Below, in pieces: positions 1-45,194 of a stretch of DNA of 64,000 nucleotides. The DNA is from Amoebidium appalachense (taxonomy: Eukaryota > Protista > Ichthyosporea): the NCBI GenBank assembly GCA_963693365.1, contig CAVNZM010000014.1:6820001-6884000 (forward strand), given 5' to 3'. The notes beneath the pieces were generated by a model. It saw only the letters and a list, made by a program, of their open reading frames with translations, did no database searches and was not told where the DNA came from. The stretch's first letter is position 1. Each line of letters opens with the position of its first letter. Position numbers and translations under genes: made by a program.

Positions 1-1651
1 CCCCGTCTGGGACGGGTGTGCCTGGGGGGAGGGGGGGGGTGTCCTGGGGGGTGGGGGGGATGCCCGGGGGGTTGTTGGGGTCGGCTGTGTACAGTGGGAT
101 GATGGGACTGCTTGTTGGGGGTACCGGTGGGGGGGGCTCCGGAGGGGGAGGGGGTGCTGGCCAGCCATATTGGACGGCCAGCTCCTTGGCCCTCTCCCAG
201 AAACCCTGTGGATTTGCCGCCCGGTCCGTTGCATTGAGGAGCCGGTGTAGCTCCGCGTGCTCGTTGTCCTCCGGGAAGACCTTCGTCGGTTTTGACGTGG
301 ACTTCTCTGGTTTGCTCTTGGTCCGGCCCACTGTGGTTTTTGCCACCGAGAGAATGGTGGCGGCCATGTACTCCCATCTCCCTTCCACCTCCGCCTGGGT
401 AGGGGTGGTGGTTGGGGGGGACGTGAAGGCTGCCTCCGTGCCGGTGGTAAAACGTGCCCAGTCCTCCTGTGTGGTGTTCGGTTTCAGCTGGAGTCTCGGT
501 GTGGGTTGGTTTCGGGTTGGCCCTGGTCCCTGGCCCGGCAGGTTAGGATGGGGCCCAGTTTCGCACCAGGCCAGGTGGTGGTCGGTGTGAAGATCCGGTA
601 ATTCCGTGACGGAGGCTGAGACCAGTGCTGGGCGTAACGCCGCCGGGATGTATACGTAGTCGATGCGTGAGCGGTGGGGACCGCTGTGGTACGTATATTC
701 CCTGGTGGTGGGGTGTTCGGCTCGGTAGCTGTCTATGAGTAGATGGGCGTCCATCAGCTCGTGGAGCAGCCCGGGCACGAGTCCTGTGGGCATTGCCTGT
801 GCTGAACTGGGGCCGGTTTCGGGCCGTGCCCTGTCCAGAGTAGGGTGGCACACCTCGTTGAAATCCCCGGCCACGATGACAGTGGTGTCGTTGGGGGCCG
901 GGAGGGAGGTGAGAAATCTGGCTACCTGTGAGGTGAGTCGACGGGCCTGTCTGACGTTTCCCTGTGTTGCATTCGTGTGTTGATAAAGTCCTATCACCCA
1001 CGTTGTGTGCCGTTTTGTGTGATATGGAATAGCTAGCATTCGTGCATTTTTGCTATGTGGTTTTCCTTGGTGTCTAAACCACGTTTCGTTTGTAAGTATC
1101 ACCACCCCCGTGTAGCGGAATCGTGTTTCCTCCTGGGCTAGTGACGGTGTGGTTTGGTCATTGGACGAGCTCTCTGCCACCGGGATACCGGCCTCTGAGG
1201 CAGAGAGTGTTGTGTGTGTGTGTCCAGTGGTGGTGGCTGGTGGGCATACATACGTGGCACGCATGGGGATACCTTCGTTTCGAATGGAAAACTTTGTGCG
1301 TGTGAAGGAGCCCGGGGTGGTCCCGGTCTCCGTCAGAATGACTACGTCCATGTCTGCAAAGGCAGCCCACCTGGCTGCCTCGACGATCTTGTCCTGGCCG
1401 GTACGAGTGGTAGGTCCGGCCAGGTTTAAAGTTCCAATCCGAAGGTGGCTGTGTGGTTTGGCTGGTGGTAAATTTGCGTGGTTGATGGGCGAGACTAGCT
1501 CCCCTTCAAGTGCTTCCAGGGCTGTGTTCTGGTGGATCATGTCTGTGGCCTCTGGACCCGGACTTTGCGCCGTGCCGAGTGTTTGTGTGGTGTCGGGCGC
1601 TACCCCCTTTGCCGGCGCCGGGTGTCCGGGCGGGGGGGATGGGGTCGGCAT
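1..1651 (-). CDS. LINE ORF2, N-terminal part (AP endonuclease plus linker); open to the window edge, so absent from the ORF track
   Basis: Manual translation from ATG 1651 (or 1540) gives LRIGTLNLAG, DVVILTET, TGVVIL, VAGDFNE, SRIDYVYI and HTDHH, the canonical EEP/APE motifs, with no stop before position 1. Confidence 0.88.
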   Translation of the reverse strand, partial: MPTPSPPPGHPAPAKGVAPDTTQTLGTAQSPGPEATDMIHQNTALEALEGELVSPINHANLPPAKPHSHLRIGTLNLAGPTTRTGQDKIVEAARWAAFADMDVVILTETGTTPGSFTRTKFSIRNEGIPMRATYVCPPATTTGHTHTTLSASEAGIPVAESSSNDQTTPSLAQEETRFRYTGVVILTNETWFRHQGKPHSKNARMLAIPYHTKRHTTWVIGLYQHTNATQGNVRQARRLTSQVARFLTSLPAPNDTTVIVAGDFNEVCHPTLDRARPETGPSSAQAMPTGLVPGLLHELMDAHLLIDSYRAEHPTTREYTYHSGPHRSRIDYVYIPAALRPALVSASVTELPDLHTDHHLAWCETGPHPNLPGQGPGPTRNQPTPRLQLKPNTTQEDWARFTTGTEAAFTSPPTTTPTQAEVEGRWEYMAATILSVAKTTVGRTKSKPEKSTSKPTKVFPEDNEHAELHRLLNATDRAANPQGFWERAKELAVQYGWPAPPPPPEPPPPVPPTSSPIIPLYTADPNNPPGIPPTPQDTPPLPPGTPVPDG

Positions 1652-3963
1652 TATGCCTGCCCGTCCCCATGCGATGGGGGACGGGCACCTTGGTCAGTTC
1701 CCCGTGTCGAGTTAACCGAGGACCTGTGTGGTGTGGATGGGCGTGTGGGCTGTGTGGGTTGGCGTTGTGAGGGGGCCCCTGGGGGCCCCCGCCTTGGTTG
1801 GGGGGGGCGCCGCTGTTGGGGTGTTGTGCCTCTGTGGGCCTCAATGGCTCGGTGGCTTGGGGGTCTCGGGTCTCTGGGGTAGAGTGCTCTCCCCCCTCCC
1901 CCTCCCCCCTAGCCCCGCCCAAACGGGCTTCCAGTGTGAGGGCAAGGCGGTCCCCTAGCCGTTCGAGCATGCTAACCATCGACTGCTCCATACCCCTCAG
2001 CTGGGCAGTCGTATCCTGCACCTCATGGTGCACGTTGTGTATGGTGGCCCCCTGGCTGGCCAACTGTAGTTCGAGCCGGTTTACTCGAGCCGTCAGGTCC
2101 GCCACGGGGTCCCCTGTGGGCGACACCGGCGGAGGTGGGGACGGGCGGGGCCTGGTAGGGCTGGTGCGACGGCGCGGAGGCCAATGATTGGTCGTCTTCG
2201 TCTGGGGCCTCGAGTGGTGGTGTGTTGTCTGTGGGATGTGTGCTCTGCCCTAGCCGCGGGTGGTCGAGGAGCACGGTCGCCCTGTCCACGGTGGTGAGGC
2301 GGGCACGTACTGTGTATTCGCGGGGGCTTGGTGCCCCGGTATTAAACGACAGAAGTATTCCCTCCGGGTGGTCCCGGAGGTATGGGTAGTCCGTGTGGCT
2401 TACGGGGATGGGCATGGTGATGAAGTGGTGCCCTGTGACCCTACACTTATTCACCTCTGGGGCTCTGCCGGCTCTACCCTCCCGGGTGGCCCCCTCCCCG
2501 GGGGGGCCAAGGCCGGAGTACGTGAGTGCCTGGCGGAGTGCCTGGACGTGTACATAGTCCCGCCACTCAATCACGGTGGCGAAGAAAGAGTCGTCAGGTG
2601 GGTCTAGACTACTCAAGCCCACCAACACGATAATACCCGGTGCGAAAAGGGGTTTCCGTTGGCATTTATATGCGGGGTGGCCCAGTTCCCCACAGTTACC
2701 GCAGTTTCGGCGGCGTTGCAGGCATGTGGCGATGGGGTTACTGGGGTTTCCGTGTACGTGTAACGGCCGGTTACAGTACGGACAGCTGGTGCGGTTTTTG
2801 GGGCACTCATCCGGTTCGTGCCCCACCTCCCGACAGGTTAGGCACTGAACAAACGGGCACTCTGTGTCTGTTAGTTTGTGGGATTGCTCCCAACACAACC
2901 CACACATGTGAGACTGTGGGATGGGGATTAGCAACAGAACTGCCTCTGACTCCTCCCCCCCCCCTCCTGTGTCGGAAAGGGTCGGGCCTGGGGCCACTCG
3001 GGAGGGGTGTCCACCACACGGGGGGTGGGGTTGGTGTTCTCATAGAGGCGATGATCGTACCCCTCGAGATGGGGGGGGCGTGTGTCCTCGTTTAAGCCGG
3101 GTGTGGTGATAGCCCAGGCCCGGTGCCTGTGCATTGCAGGGGCCGCCGTCATGTATGTTTCCTCCACTAGAGAGGTCCGGTTGACCCTAAAGTGTTCTCG
3201 GAGATTTATTATGCGTTTCCTATGGTGTTCGTCGTCCGGAAAAACCACCTCATAATTACCCTCATACGCCCAGTGCTCCCTGGCGATACGGAAGTTGGGG
3301 TTTGGGGGGAGCCAGGTTACGGTCACTGGGTGAAGGTCTATGGCATATAGCACGGTTGCCACGTCACTTGCTCGTCCTATCCTCGGAAAATTGCACGTTT
3401 CTACCGTTCTATTCGGGATTAGGACCATGTACCGTGTGGGGTTCGGGCGGATGGAGGGGTGGGGTGGGGGGGGCAGGTAAAATGCCCTCCCCCACCAGTG
3501 CTGTGACTAGTGCCTCCCACTCTGCTTCTGTGCCTACCATGATCTCTATGCCCCGTTGGTTTCGGTTGTGCACCAGGTACCTGTTTGCTAGGTTCTGGGT
3601 GCTGACGAAGTCATACACCCGAGCCAACCAGCCCGCTTCAGAGTGTCCCTCGTCTGCTGGCAGGGGACACAGTATGGAAAGGGTGGGGGCGTTAGTTTTA
3701 CCTGGTATGGCATAGTCCGTCCTGCGTGAGGTAGACCTCTCCATCTCCTCTGTTTCCTCCTTTCCTCTTTTGCCCGACAAGCGCTCGTTTCCTCCAGAGC
3801 CCGGGGGATGATGAGGGTTCGCTCCCACCCCCATGCTTTCCCCCATCGGTTGTGTGGTTTCTACCGACTCGGTTGCCCTATCCGTGTGATTGGGTGTGGG
3901 TGGGTTTAAGGTGGATATTGCAGTGAGGGACGTGTCCCCGTCTAGCTCCATGTGGTTTTCCAT
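1506..3963 (-). CDS. LINE ORF1 (gag-like) region split over four overlapping frames (3963-3409, 3428-2928, 2997-2023, 2126-1506)
   Basis: 2997-2023 has two exact CX2CX4HX4C knuckles (CLTCREVGHEPDEC, CGNCGELGHPAYKC) and two variant ones. 2126-1506 has a heptad coiled-coil stretch (DLTARVNRLELQLASQ...). Confidence 0.7.
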
Positions 3964-4159
3964 GGTAGGGGTGGGTGCAGCTATGTTTTGGGTAGCGTTT
4001 ATTTGCTAGATGGTTGTTGACTTTGTGTGTGCGAAAAGGGTGAGTGCAGGATGCTGGTATCTGTGGATACGGCTACTCTGTGCGCGTTCTACTCTGCTAC
4101 TGTGTGTGTGAATTCTGTGCCGTTAATGTTTTTCCCCCCAGACAAAGGTCACTACCACT

Positions 4160-4900
4160 GAGACGCTTGGTTGCAAGTAGCCGGTCTAATCACACGTGGA
4201 AGTTCCTGTGCTACCCAACCGCTCTGGCGGGAGGGCGGCATAAGGCTTGCGGCGTGCACTGGCCGTGTGCGTACCCATGCCTGTCAGCGATTGGTGTTGT
4301 GCTGTGTACTTGGAGGGATGTAGAAGGAAGGACCTAGTGTGGGTGTATGTGTGTGGTAGCTGGTGGCACCAACATCGTTCCAATGCACTTACGCAATCAT
4401 CTATGTACGCTAGAGCTGGGGATGGGTGTTTATGCAGTGTGATAAAGGCCAGTTTTCTGCCCGGCATTCTGTTGCTTTGGGTGGCACGTGCGATCTGGGC
4501 TGCTGAGACCAGCGAAAACCGTGGTTGGTAGGGATCAGTAAGTGTATATGTGCCCAAGATGGTTTGTGTGTTGTAGTGCATGTGGCGTGCAACATGAGAT
4601 GCTTGGCCGCAGGCAGCCGGTTTAATCACACGCGATAGTTCCTGTGCTACCCAACCGCTTTGGCAGGAGGGCAGCATAAGGCCTGCGGCGTGCACTGGCC
4701 GTGCGCGGTTTCCATGCCTGCCTGCGATATGTGTCGTACCGTGCACGTGGAGAGGGGGTTTGGTTTAGGTGTTGACCGCTGGCGATTGTGAATGTCGCAG
4801 CTGCTGGCACAGACATTGTTCCGAATCATTCACGCCCTCATCTGTGTACGCTAGAGCCATATTTGTGTGTGTGCTGCCAGGCAGGGTGCAATGAAGACAC
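4160..4900 (-). repeat. Two diverged tandem ~435-bp monomers in the LINE 5' UTR
   Basis: 4160-4290 aligns with 4595-4727 (taatcacacg...agttcctgtgctacccaaccgct...tgcggcgtgcactggccgtg). catct(a/g)tgtacgctagagc recurs at ~4398 and ~4839. Confidence 0.85.
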
Positions 4901-5813
4901 CCTTTGTGCCGCCCATTTATTCTGTGGGTATGGCCGGTGTGTGTGGGGGGTTTTTTTGACAAGAGTACCTCCCGGAGCTGCCTGCCTGGCTCGTGTTTTT
5001 GGTTAAGGTGATTGGTGAATACAGGATGACCCCAAGGTGTTGAGTAAAGACGTGTTGTGCGCCGATTATTGTAATACGTAGAAGAAAACCCTTACAATTG
5101 TGTTAAATAGAAATTGTACTCTGAGCGGCATGCGCATGCAGGTCCGGCCACACCTGATTTACTTGCGAATTGCTATGAATTTGATTTTACTAAATGGCAT
5201 GGTCATGGAATCCGAAAATAAACATAACAAGGATGCTCCGTACGATCGTGTCGGACTCCCCTGCATCCATGGTTCTTAATTTTCATAATATTACTAATCC
5301 CGATGCATAGCTATAGAGTTTAGGCTGTAGTGTAATTTTGTCATGTTGCCTTGTTTGGAAAACACGTGTACCACGCCTGCACGCATTCAGGCTGAGCAAA
5401 ATAGGCGGGCCACAAAGCACCATATGTCTCCATTTAAGTGGTGGTAGCCCCCTCCCGTTGCTTTGTCCACCGGTAGCCCATATATGCATCAGGACACCCC
5501 GGGCTGCACGACCGAGGTTCATATGGAGGAAGTAACGAAAACATAGCAGCACACAAGTGCTTTATTAGGGTCGGTGTCCACTTCATACATTTCTTCTCAC
5601 ACCCCGCTACTACAAGTCATTCATACAGTCCTGATACGCCAGGAAAAAGACCCATTTTATTCCAACATTTCCCATATATACAGCGCTCGTATTGAAGAGT
5701 TTCCTTTCCAAATCGTATGTGCCTAATCTCAAGAACACTATGAGAGACACAATAATCATATGTAAATCACTACACAAAATATCCCCAAACCCGCCACACC
5801 TACAACATCCTCT

Positions 5814-38066
<32,253 letters not shown>

Positions 38067-38144
38067 CCTCTCCTGTGCCTGTACAGCGAATAAGTAATGA
38101 TTATCATGATGTGCAGCCCTGTCTTTCTCTGGAGCACAAGTTTG

Positions 38145-38189
<45 letters not shown>

Positions 38190-38599
38190 ATCCTTTGACA
38201 GCTTGTGCACTAAACACGCCAAGGTTACGTAACCATCACTCGTGCACTTCCTGCCTGCAACCGAACTACCTGAACTTGATACCCACAATAATAAAACATC
38301 GTTTCTGCTGGACAAGTCAGCATCGTAAATTCTACTCTAATAACCTAAACGTATATAGCTAGCCGTATTGCTTGGGTAATAGAACGGGAGAAGAATGAAT
38401 GGAGTGAAGAGCCCATGTGTTGTACCCTCCACAAAAACCAAAAAGAAAACGAACAAGCAACACGGGCAAAAAAGATAGCAGAAAAAAAAATTATAATAAT
38501 AACGGCGGGGTTTGTGGGGCTCACCTGGGCGAATGCCGCAGGCTGTCCTTTTTTTACGTCTATAGGCTTGCTAGTATATCCTTATCATGCTTGCAATTG

Positions 38600-38800
38600 C
38601 AGTGTTTTTTATAAGCCGCTGAGCGGGAAACGCGCTGCAAAACCGCTTCCTGCTTGCCGTGTTTTGTTCGACTTTTTAATGGCGCGCAAAATTTGCGTAA
38701 AAGCAAATTGCGCAAACAGACGTGGCGTCACAAGTGGTGACGTGGGTGATGCAATATGAGCCAATCAGCTTTGCTCTAGTTAGTGCACCAATTATCAGCA
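38600..38800. promoter_or_regulatory. Putative divergent promoter between the p400-like gene and the plus-strand coiled-coil gene
   Basis: Repeat-free CpG-rich stretch with E2F-like GCGGGAAA (38622) and GGCGCGCAAA (38681), TGACGT (~38738) and CCAATCA (38761). Confidence 0.45.
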
Positions 38801-39417
38801 GCCTCGGTTCACCCTACACTAAGCGAGAACACTCCGAGCCGGGCATACTTTTCTTTTGACTGGATTTATTCGACGGGCATCATGCCGAACAGAAAGCCTG
38901 TCAAAAAAGTGAAAAATAGCTTATGGCCACACCCCTACATACTTTCTTCGTTTTAAGGAAGTTTCAGCGCCTTTATCTCTTTTTTTGGAGCTTTTTTTTG
39001 CCCTCGCTTGATCATGAGCTTCTGGCATCCAGTTTCCAGTTATTTCAATTGTTCACCAACAGGTAGGTAGAGGGAGACATACACACTGAGGAGGCGGCAG
39101 CTGGAACCTTGCATCAAGTTGCCAACGTATATACATCTTTGCATTTACTAGCCGGGCTAACAAGCATGTGTTGCAAGGCCAAATAGCTAGCATGCTAAGA
39201 GGTCCTTACGCACGCACATTGCTCACATTGAGAAGTTCTGATTGCTTATGTATACTCACTGGCAAATCCTCAGGTCGTACAAATCAGCTCAGCCACGGTT
39301 ATCTACCCACTTTACTACTCTACGCTGTAAAGCCTGATGCATTCATTTGTCCAATAGGTGCTTTTAGAGATAAAAACCAAAAAGAACTTTATTTTTGGTG
39401 TGTTTTTGAACTATACC

Positions 39418-40983
39418 ATGGCATCACCAAACGAACCGCTCATCGAGGAACCAGACTCCCGCCCACACACACCGGTACCCACGCCATCTCGTCGCATTTC
39501 CACCACCAACACCACATGTAGCCTCACAACACCACCCTCCGCACGGTCATACAACTATCTTATTCCAGACATTGCAACCATGAGCGACCCTTCCTGTGTC
39601 GGTTTACCAGAGTTTGTGGAATGCCAAATGGTTGTCATAACAAGTGAGGAAGAGGGAAAAGAGATAAAGCATGTGTGTGGTGCCCGTGTGCCACGTGAAG
39701 ATGTGCGCATGCACATGCAAGAGGTCCATGCATTTCACAAGCAGCATGTGACGTCTTTTAATGACACTTTATCGATTATGGTCAACCTTAACACGTGTAC
39801 TAGTGACCTGATACACGTGCGGCGCGAGTATGCCTCCTTGCTCTGCTACCTTATGGGCACACCCATCACCACTGCAACGGGTGAGGTGAAGGGGAGTGAC
39901 CAATCTGCCGTAGCTACTTTTCAGGGGTAGGTGTTACAACAACAATAAGCATGTGTAAAAGCATCTATTCAGGGGGGGGGGGGGGAATGAAGCCATGGTT
40001 TAGTTGAGGGTGCACATAGATGGGCCCAATTGTTGGGGTTAGACTTACATATGCATAGAGTAGAAAGTGCGAGCACATACACAAGCACACATGTACACAC
40101 CGTCACACACATGTTTAGTACGCCACAACCACCAACCAGTAATATGCACACAAATTCACATGCCCACTAAGCAGCAGACGCTCATGCACATGTGCAGATA
40201 CGCGGCATGCATGTGCACGCTAAGTTAAATTTAATTTTGCAACACCACCACAGAAGTGCACAATGTCGCTCAGCCAATTTTTAATGGGACAACTCTTCCC
40301 TCGTTTCCCTCCCTCTCTTCTCTCCCTCCATCTACACAGTCCGCAAACACGCTCACACACATGCCGGCACCTGCACGCACGCGCACACGGTAGGCACTAT
40401 GCCAACAGATTCCTCCCCCCCCCCCCCCCCCCTCTCCCTCCCTCCTCCCCCCCCCCCCCCCCCTCCCCCCCCCCTCCCCCCCCCCCCCCCCCCCCCCCCT
40501 CCCCCGATCCCTCCATCCCAAAACTGCCCATCGACCTTGCCTTTCCCTCCGTATGGCTGCGCTCCGAGGCTCCCTCCAGATACACACACACAGCAATACT
40601 CACAGTTAAGCTCCTTCTTACAGTAAGGGGCACACATACACGCACTGAAAACACACAATACAGGGGCAGGCTAAATGTAAGATTCCGGATATGAGATTCT
40701 CAGACTAGGAATTTTAGAATATTTAAGCGGGCCTCCACTGCACATATCAAAACCAAGATTTTTTCCTCTTGTTCTTGTGGACTAGGGGGGTCTGGAATTA
40801 AGATTCTAGCTGGCTGCAGCCGTAATCGACGTAATCTTATAAGGCCTACCCCTGCATCGAAACATGGTTGGAAACCCCCGCGAAAAAATGAATGAATAAT
40901 TCACAATAAGCACCGAGCAACCCCTTCTTCCCTCCTCCCCCCACCACCACCACCATCACCACCACCATCACCACCACCACCCG

Positions 40984-41035
<52 letters not shown>

Positions 41036-41975
41036 AAAAAAAAAAAAAAAAAACATGATCTCTAGTAAACCGAGTGAAATCCCGTGCTAACATGCTCTCC
41101 TCTGCAGGCCCGCAGATATCCGGGGCCAAGTTTCATTTTTGAGCCAGCGGGTAAGTCATGCGGAAGGTTGGCAGGCGTGGATGGGGACAGCGCTACAACA
41201 GACACGAGAGAGGATCGAGGGAATGAGGAATGAAATTAAAGAGGAACTAAGGGAGGAGAGAAGGGCAACGGAGGAGAGAATGTTCAGTTTGTATGCTGCT
41301 AACGAGGAAAAGAGGAACGGTGATGTGAAAGAACTGAAGAAGTTGGTGGAGGCGGTGGTTATAGAAAACGCAGATATGTGGAAAATTTTTCAAGACGAGG
41401 TTGATGTGTTGCGCAGAGATATGAAAGAGGAAAGGGAAGCCCATATAAGGGAGGGAAAAGAACTGAAGCAGAAAATGTGCCAAAGCGAAATTGAAAGAAA
41501 CGAAATGATTAGGAAAATGGACGAAATTTTGCAACAGATAGAGAGCCAGGAGGCCAATAGGATTGCAGAGTTAAAGCTAATAAGCACGGACTTGACCGGT
41601 GAATTGAATGAGTTGCGAGAGAGGGCTAACAAAATGGAGGAAAGCATGTCGAAGTTTGAAAAGAAAACCGCTAACAGGTTAAAGAATCTGCAACAAGCAA
41701 CAACCAATAACACACAGCAAATCACTACCTTGAACGCGGAAACGTCCGCAAACATAATTCACCTGAGAGCCGAAATTTCCGATATCAATAGGGACATCGA
41801 GGAAATTTCGGAGGACGTGACGCGTGAATTCGATGCGCAGAGGCAAAGGCTGATGAACTTTCTTCATGGAACCCCCCCGCAGAGTCCAAAGGTGGGGAGA
41901 GCGAAAGAAAAGGGGGCTAGGAGGGTGGTAGAAGTAGGGAAGGGTGGTGATGACGGCATCGCAAAGGTGGCATAG
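39418..41975 (+). CDS. Two-exon protein (~458 aa): possible TRAF/C2H2-like zinc finger plus long coiled coil; join(39418..39926,41108..41975)
   Basis: The GG|gtaggt donor and ctgcag|G acceptor join the two ORFs in frame. Exon 1 has ECQ..HVCGARVPREDVRMHMQEVH; exon 2 is E/K/R-rich heptads. Confidence 0.7.
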
Positions 41976-42597
41976 TCGTGTGGGTAAACGTAGGCAAGTA
42001 CTCAGGATGGCTTTCTTCCTTTCTGTGTGCAGTCGACGGTATGAATTCAAATGGATTCGGTCAAGTTTGGGGCACCCGATTACGTAGATGGTTCGAATGC
42101 ATGATAAAAGGGACATTTGCCCACTTTTTGGTCTTCAAAGTTTTCAAGTTGACGCCCTTTTTTATTTTTTATTTATTTATTTTTTTTATGGTTGGGGGGG
42201 GGGGGAGGGGGAGGGGGGTTCTGAGCCATAAGTTGTTGCCCTTTGAGTACGTGTGTGCCCGAAAGGCTTGTTCTTGCTTTTGCATTTTCAATGATTTGCA
42301 TGTGGCCTCTTAGCACTATACGGCCCCTAGGTAGTTGGCTTGTGCATCTTTAGTTTTGTAATTTTAATAATAGGATTTCAATTTTTATCGGTAGCAGCTA
42401 TGAATCCCAGTGGGTGTTACATTTGTATGAGGGAATCTGAAAATACCCATGTCACGGGTTTGCACGTGTGGTGTAATTACGTTTGACTCAATTGGCATTC
42501 ACACCATGTAGACTGGTGCTTCACGGTGCTGCTGGAGGAGAGGGTTTGTTTGAGGGAGTGTGTTTGTGGCGGTGGTGATGGTGTGTGTGTCTGTGTG

Positions 42598-42628
<31 letters not shown>

Positions 42629-42667
42629 ATGTGTGTGGTGGTGGTGTGTGTGTGTGGGGGGGGGGGT

Positions 42668-42698
<31 letters not shown>

Positions 42699-43284
42699 GA
42701 AGCGCGCAAACCCGTTAAAGGGCCGTACTTTTAGCTGAGGAGAAACGTAGGGGAGAGAGGCATGCATTGATCGTCAGCAATGGGTGGGACCCACACACGA
42801 GTGTGTGCTAGCATGTGCACATGCATATAAGTGTTTGGGGGGTCCCCGGGGGGGGGGGGGGGGGGGGGGGGAGGGGGGTATAGTTGTCTCTGCAGAGTTT
42901 CTAGAATTTGCACAGACTTTATTTGGCCATATGCCATATAAGGATATTGATGCCCTACTGCACATCTGTGTCCATATAATCTAAAAACATCCGATTATCA
43001 TATGTCATAAGCTACATGCACGCTCGAGTATTCACCCCAGAAAACCTCTGTATTGCCAATCAGGAGCGAAAGATGGTAAAAAGAAGACGTGACGAGAAAA
43101 GCTTGCATGTATGGGTCCCTGTGCAGTATTCAAGCACTCACATGTCTACCCCCAACTTGTAAAAAAAACGTGCACCGAACGGTGAGAATTCTCTTCAAAT
43201 CTCCCAAAAAGCCAACCAAAAAAAAGGGTTGCCTCGATCAGCAAAGACGTAATTCCTCCATATAATCCTAAAAATAGCCACCAA

Positions 43285-43460
43285 TCACTCGAGTTTTTTC
43301 ACAATCTCATCTTGTTCGGCCCGCCATTTCTTGTAGGGTTGATCGGTGCCCGTGATCCAGTCCCAAAACGTGAAGAAAGAGCCGTAGGAGCCCAAGTTAT
43401 GTGAGTGGTGGAAGTCGTGTCTGTCTGATCCACCCTGCAGCCACGGCAAAAGCTGTGTGT

Positions 43461-43499
<39 letters not shown>

Positions 43500-43661
43500 T
43501 GTTTGTGGGTGGGTGGGTGTGGGTGTGTGCTGCACGTGTATGTGTGCGTGTGTGCATGCGTGCGCAGCTGTGCTCTCTGCTTTTTTTTTTTTTTTTTTTG
43601 TGGGGGGGGGGGGATTTCTGTGTCCGTGGAATTCAGTTGATTATTTACTGGGGCTCAAGAG

Positions 43662-43702
<41 letters not shown>

Positions 43703-43906
43703 CCCGCCCCGCCCGCCCAAACCCCTTCCCCACCGCAGCCACCACCCAAACACCACACACAACACAATTTAGGCTCCAGCCCTTTCTATAGTCGCGAGAG
43801 AAAGAAAGCGGGAACCAAGAAGAGGGAAGAGACATTGAGAACAAGCACCAACTTGCTTCCCTGCCAGCACATCACATATGAGCAAATAACAATGCTCATC
43901 TCACAG

Positions 43907-43958
<52 letters not shown>

Positions 43959-44033
43959 AGGAAAAAAAAAAAAAAAAAAAAAAAAAACCCCCAACACCAC
44001 AAAAAAAACCTTTGGAGGGGAGAAGGGGAAGGG

Positions 44034-44096
<63 letters not shown>

Positions 44097-44417
44097 GGGA
44101 AAGAAAGGGAAGAAAAAAGAAAAAGAAAGGAGAAAGAAAGAAAGAGGGAAAGAAGGAAACTAAGAAAGAAAGAAATATGACAACAGCGGAAAAAAGGCAA
44201 AGAAAAAAAGAAACTCAAAAAAAAAAAAACAAAAAAAAAAACACCCACCTGGAATGGGCTGAGGGGGAATGTGTAACCACTGTGTGCATCGATAGTCTCG
44301 ACGATTCTGATGACCAGCCACGTGACCAGCGACACGTGGTGCACCTTCCAAATAAGGGGTCCGGTGGCAAAGGGCACAGTGTTGGCAAGTATCTCCTCAA
44401 TGGGGTGTGCGTACTCG

Positions 44418-44481
<64 letters not shown>

Positions 44482-44794
44482 GAAGAGTACCCAGGGGTGT
44501 GGGCCTCAAGGGGGGGGGGTTGGGGGGGGGGGTTGGAGCCATATGGAACGAACGAAAGACAGAAAAGATTGTCGGTGGCAACTCAAAGTCTACAATGGAG
44601 CGTAACATAGGCAAAGGCACCACTTTAGTCAGTTTAAACAAAATCAAAATGCAGTCACAAGCAAGCGCATTGGAAACAAAACAAACAAAGCAAAACAAAG
44701 CAAAAGGTGACTTGGGTGCACCACGACCCAACATACCGATTTCCTCTTGTGTACTTTTGGATTTTTCATCGCTGTTTATCTGTTTGCAACCAAA

Positions 44795-44829
<35 letters not shown>

Positions 44830-45032
44830 TCCCCCACCCACACTATTACAAACACACAAACACACTCTATTCCCACTGACACAAAAAAATCGTGTTCGTT
44901 CATTCTTCCTGCACTTCGGCATTGTTCATTCCAAAAACTATCTTTCAACCCCTATCCATTTCTTAAGTGATTAAGTTTTTCATTTAGGGAAAAGGGGGCT
45001 TGTACTTGTGTCTGTGTGTGCGCGCACGCAAC

Positions 45033-45107
<75 letters not shown>

Positions 45108-45127
45108 ACGTGTTTCTGTGTTTGTGT

Positions 45128-45194
<67 letters not shown>

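Larger units (their letters stand above)
1..4900 (-). mobile_element. APE-type non-LTR retrotransposon (LINE), 5' half; runs off the left edge; 5' boundary approximate
   Basis: On the minus strand the order is: tandem-monomer 5' UTR, gag-like ORF1 region with CCHC knuckles, then ORF2 beginning with an AP-endonuclease domain. Confidence 0.88.

Noticed and set aside
18-2848. Plus-strand ORFs over the left LINE
   Set aside because: Antisense shadows of GC-rich minus-strand coding sequence, with no motifs.
4160-4730. Canonical HDV-like ribozyme call
   Set aside because: P1, P3 and the J4/2 adenines could not be assigned consistently in both monomers; kept only as a generic structured-RNA candidate.
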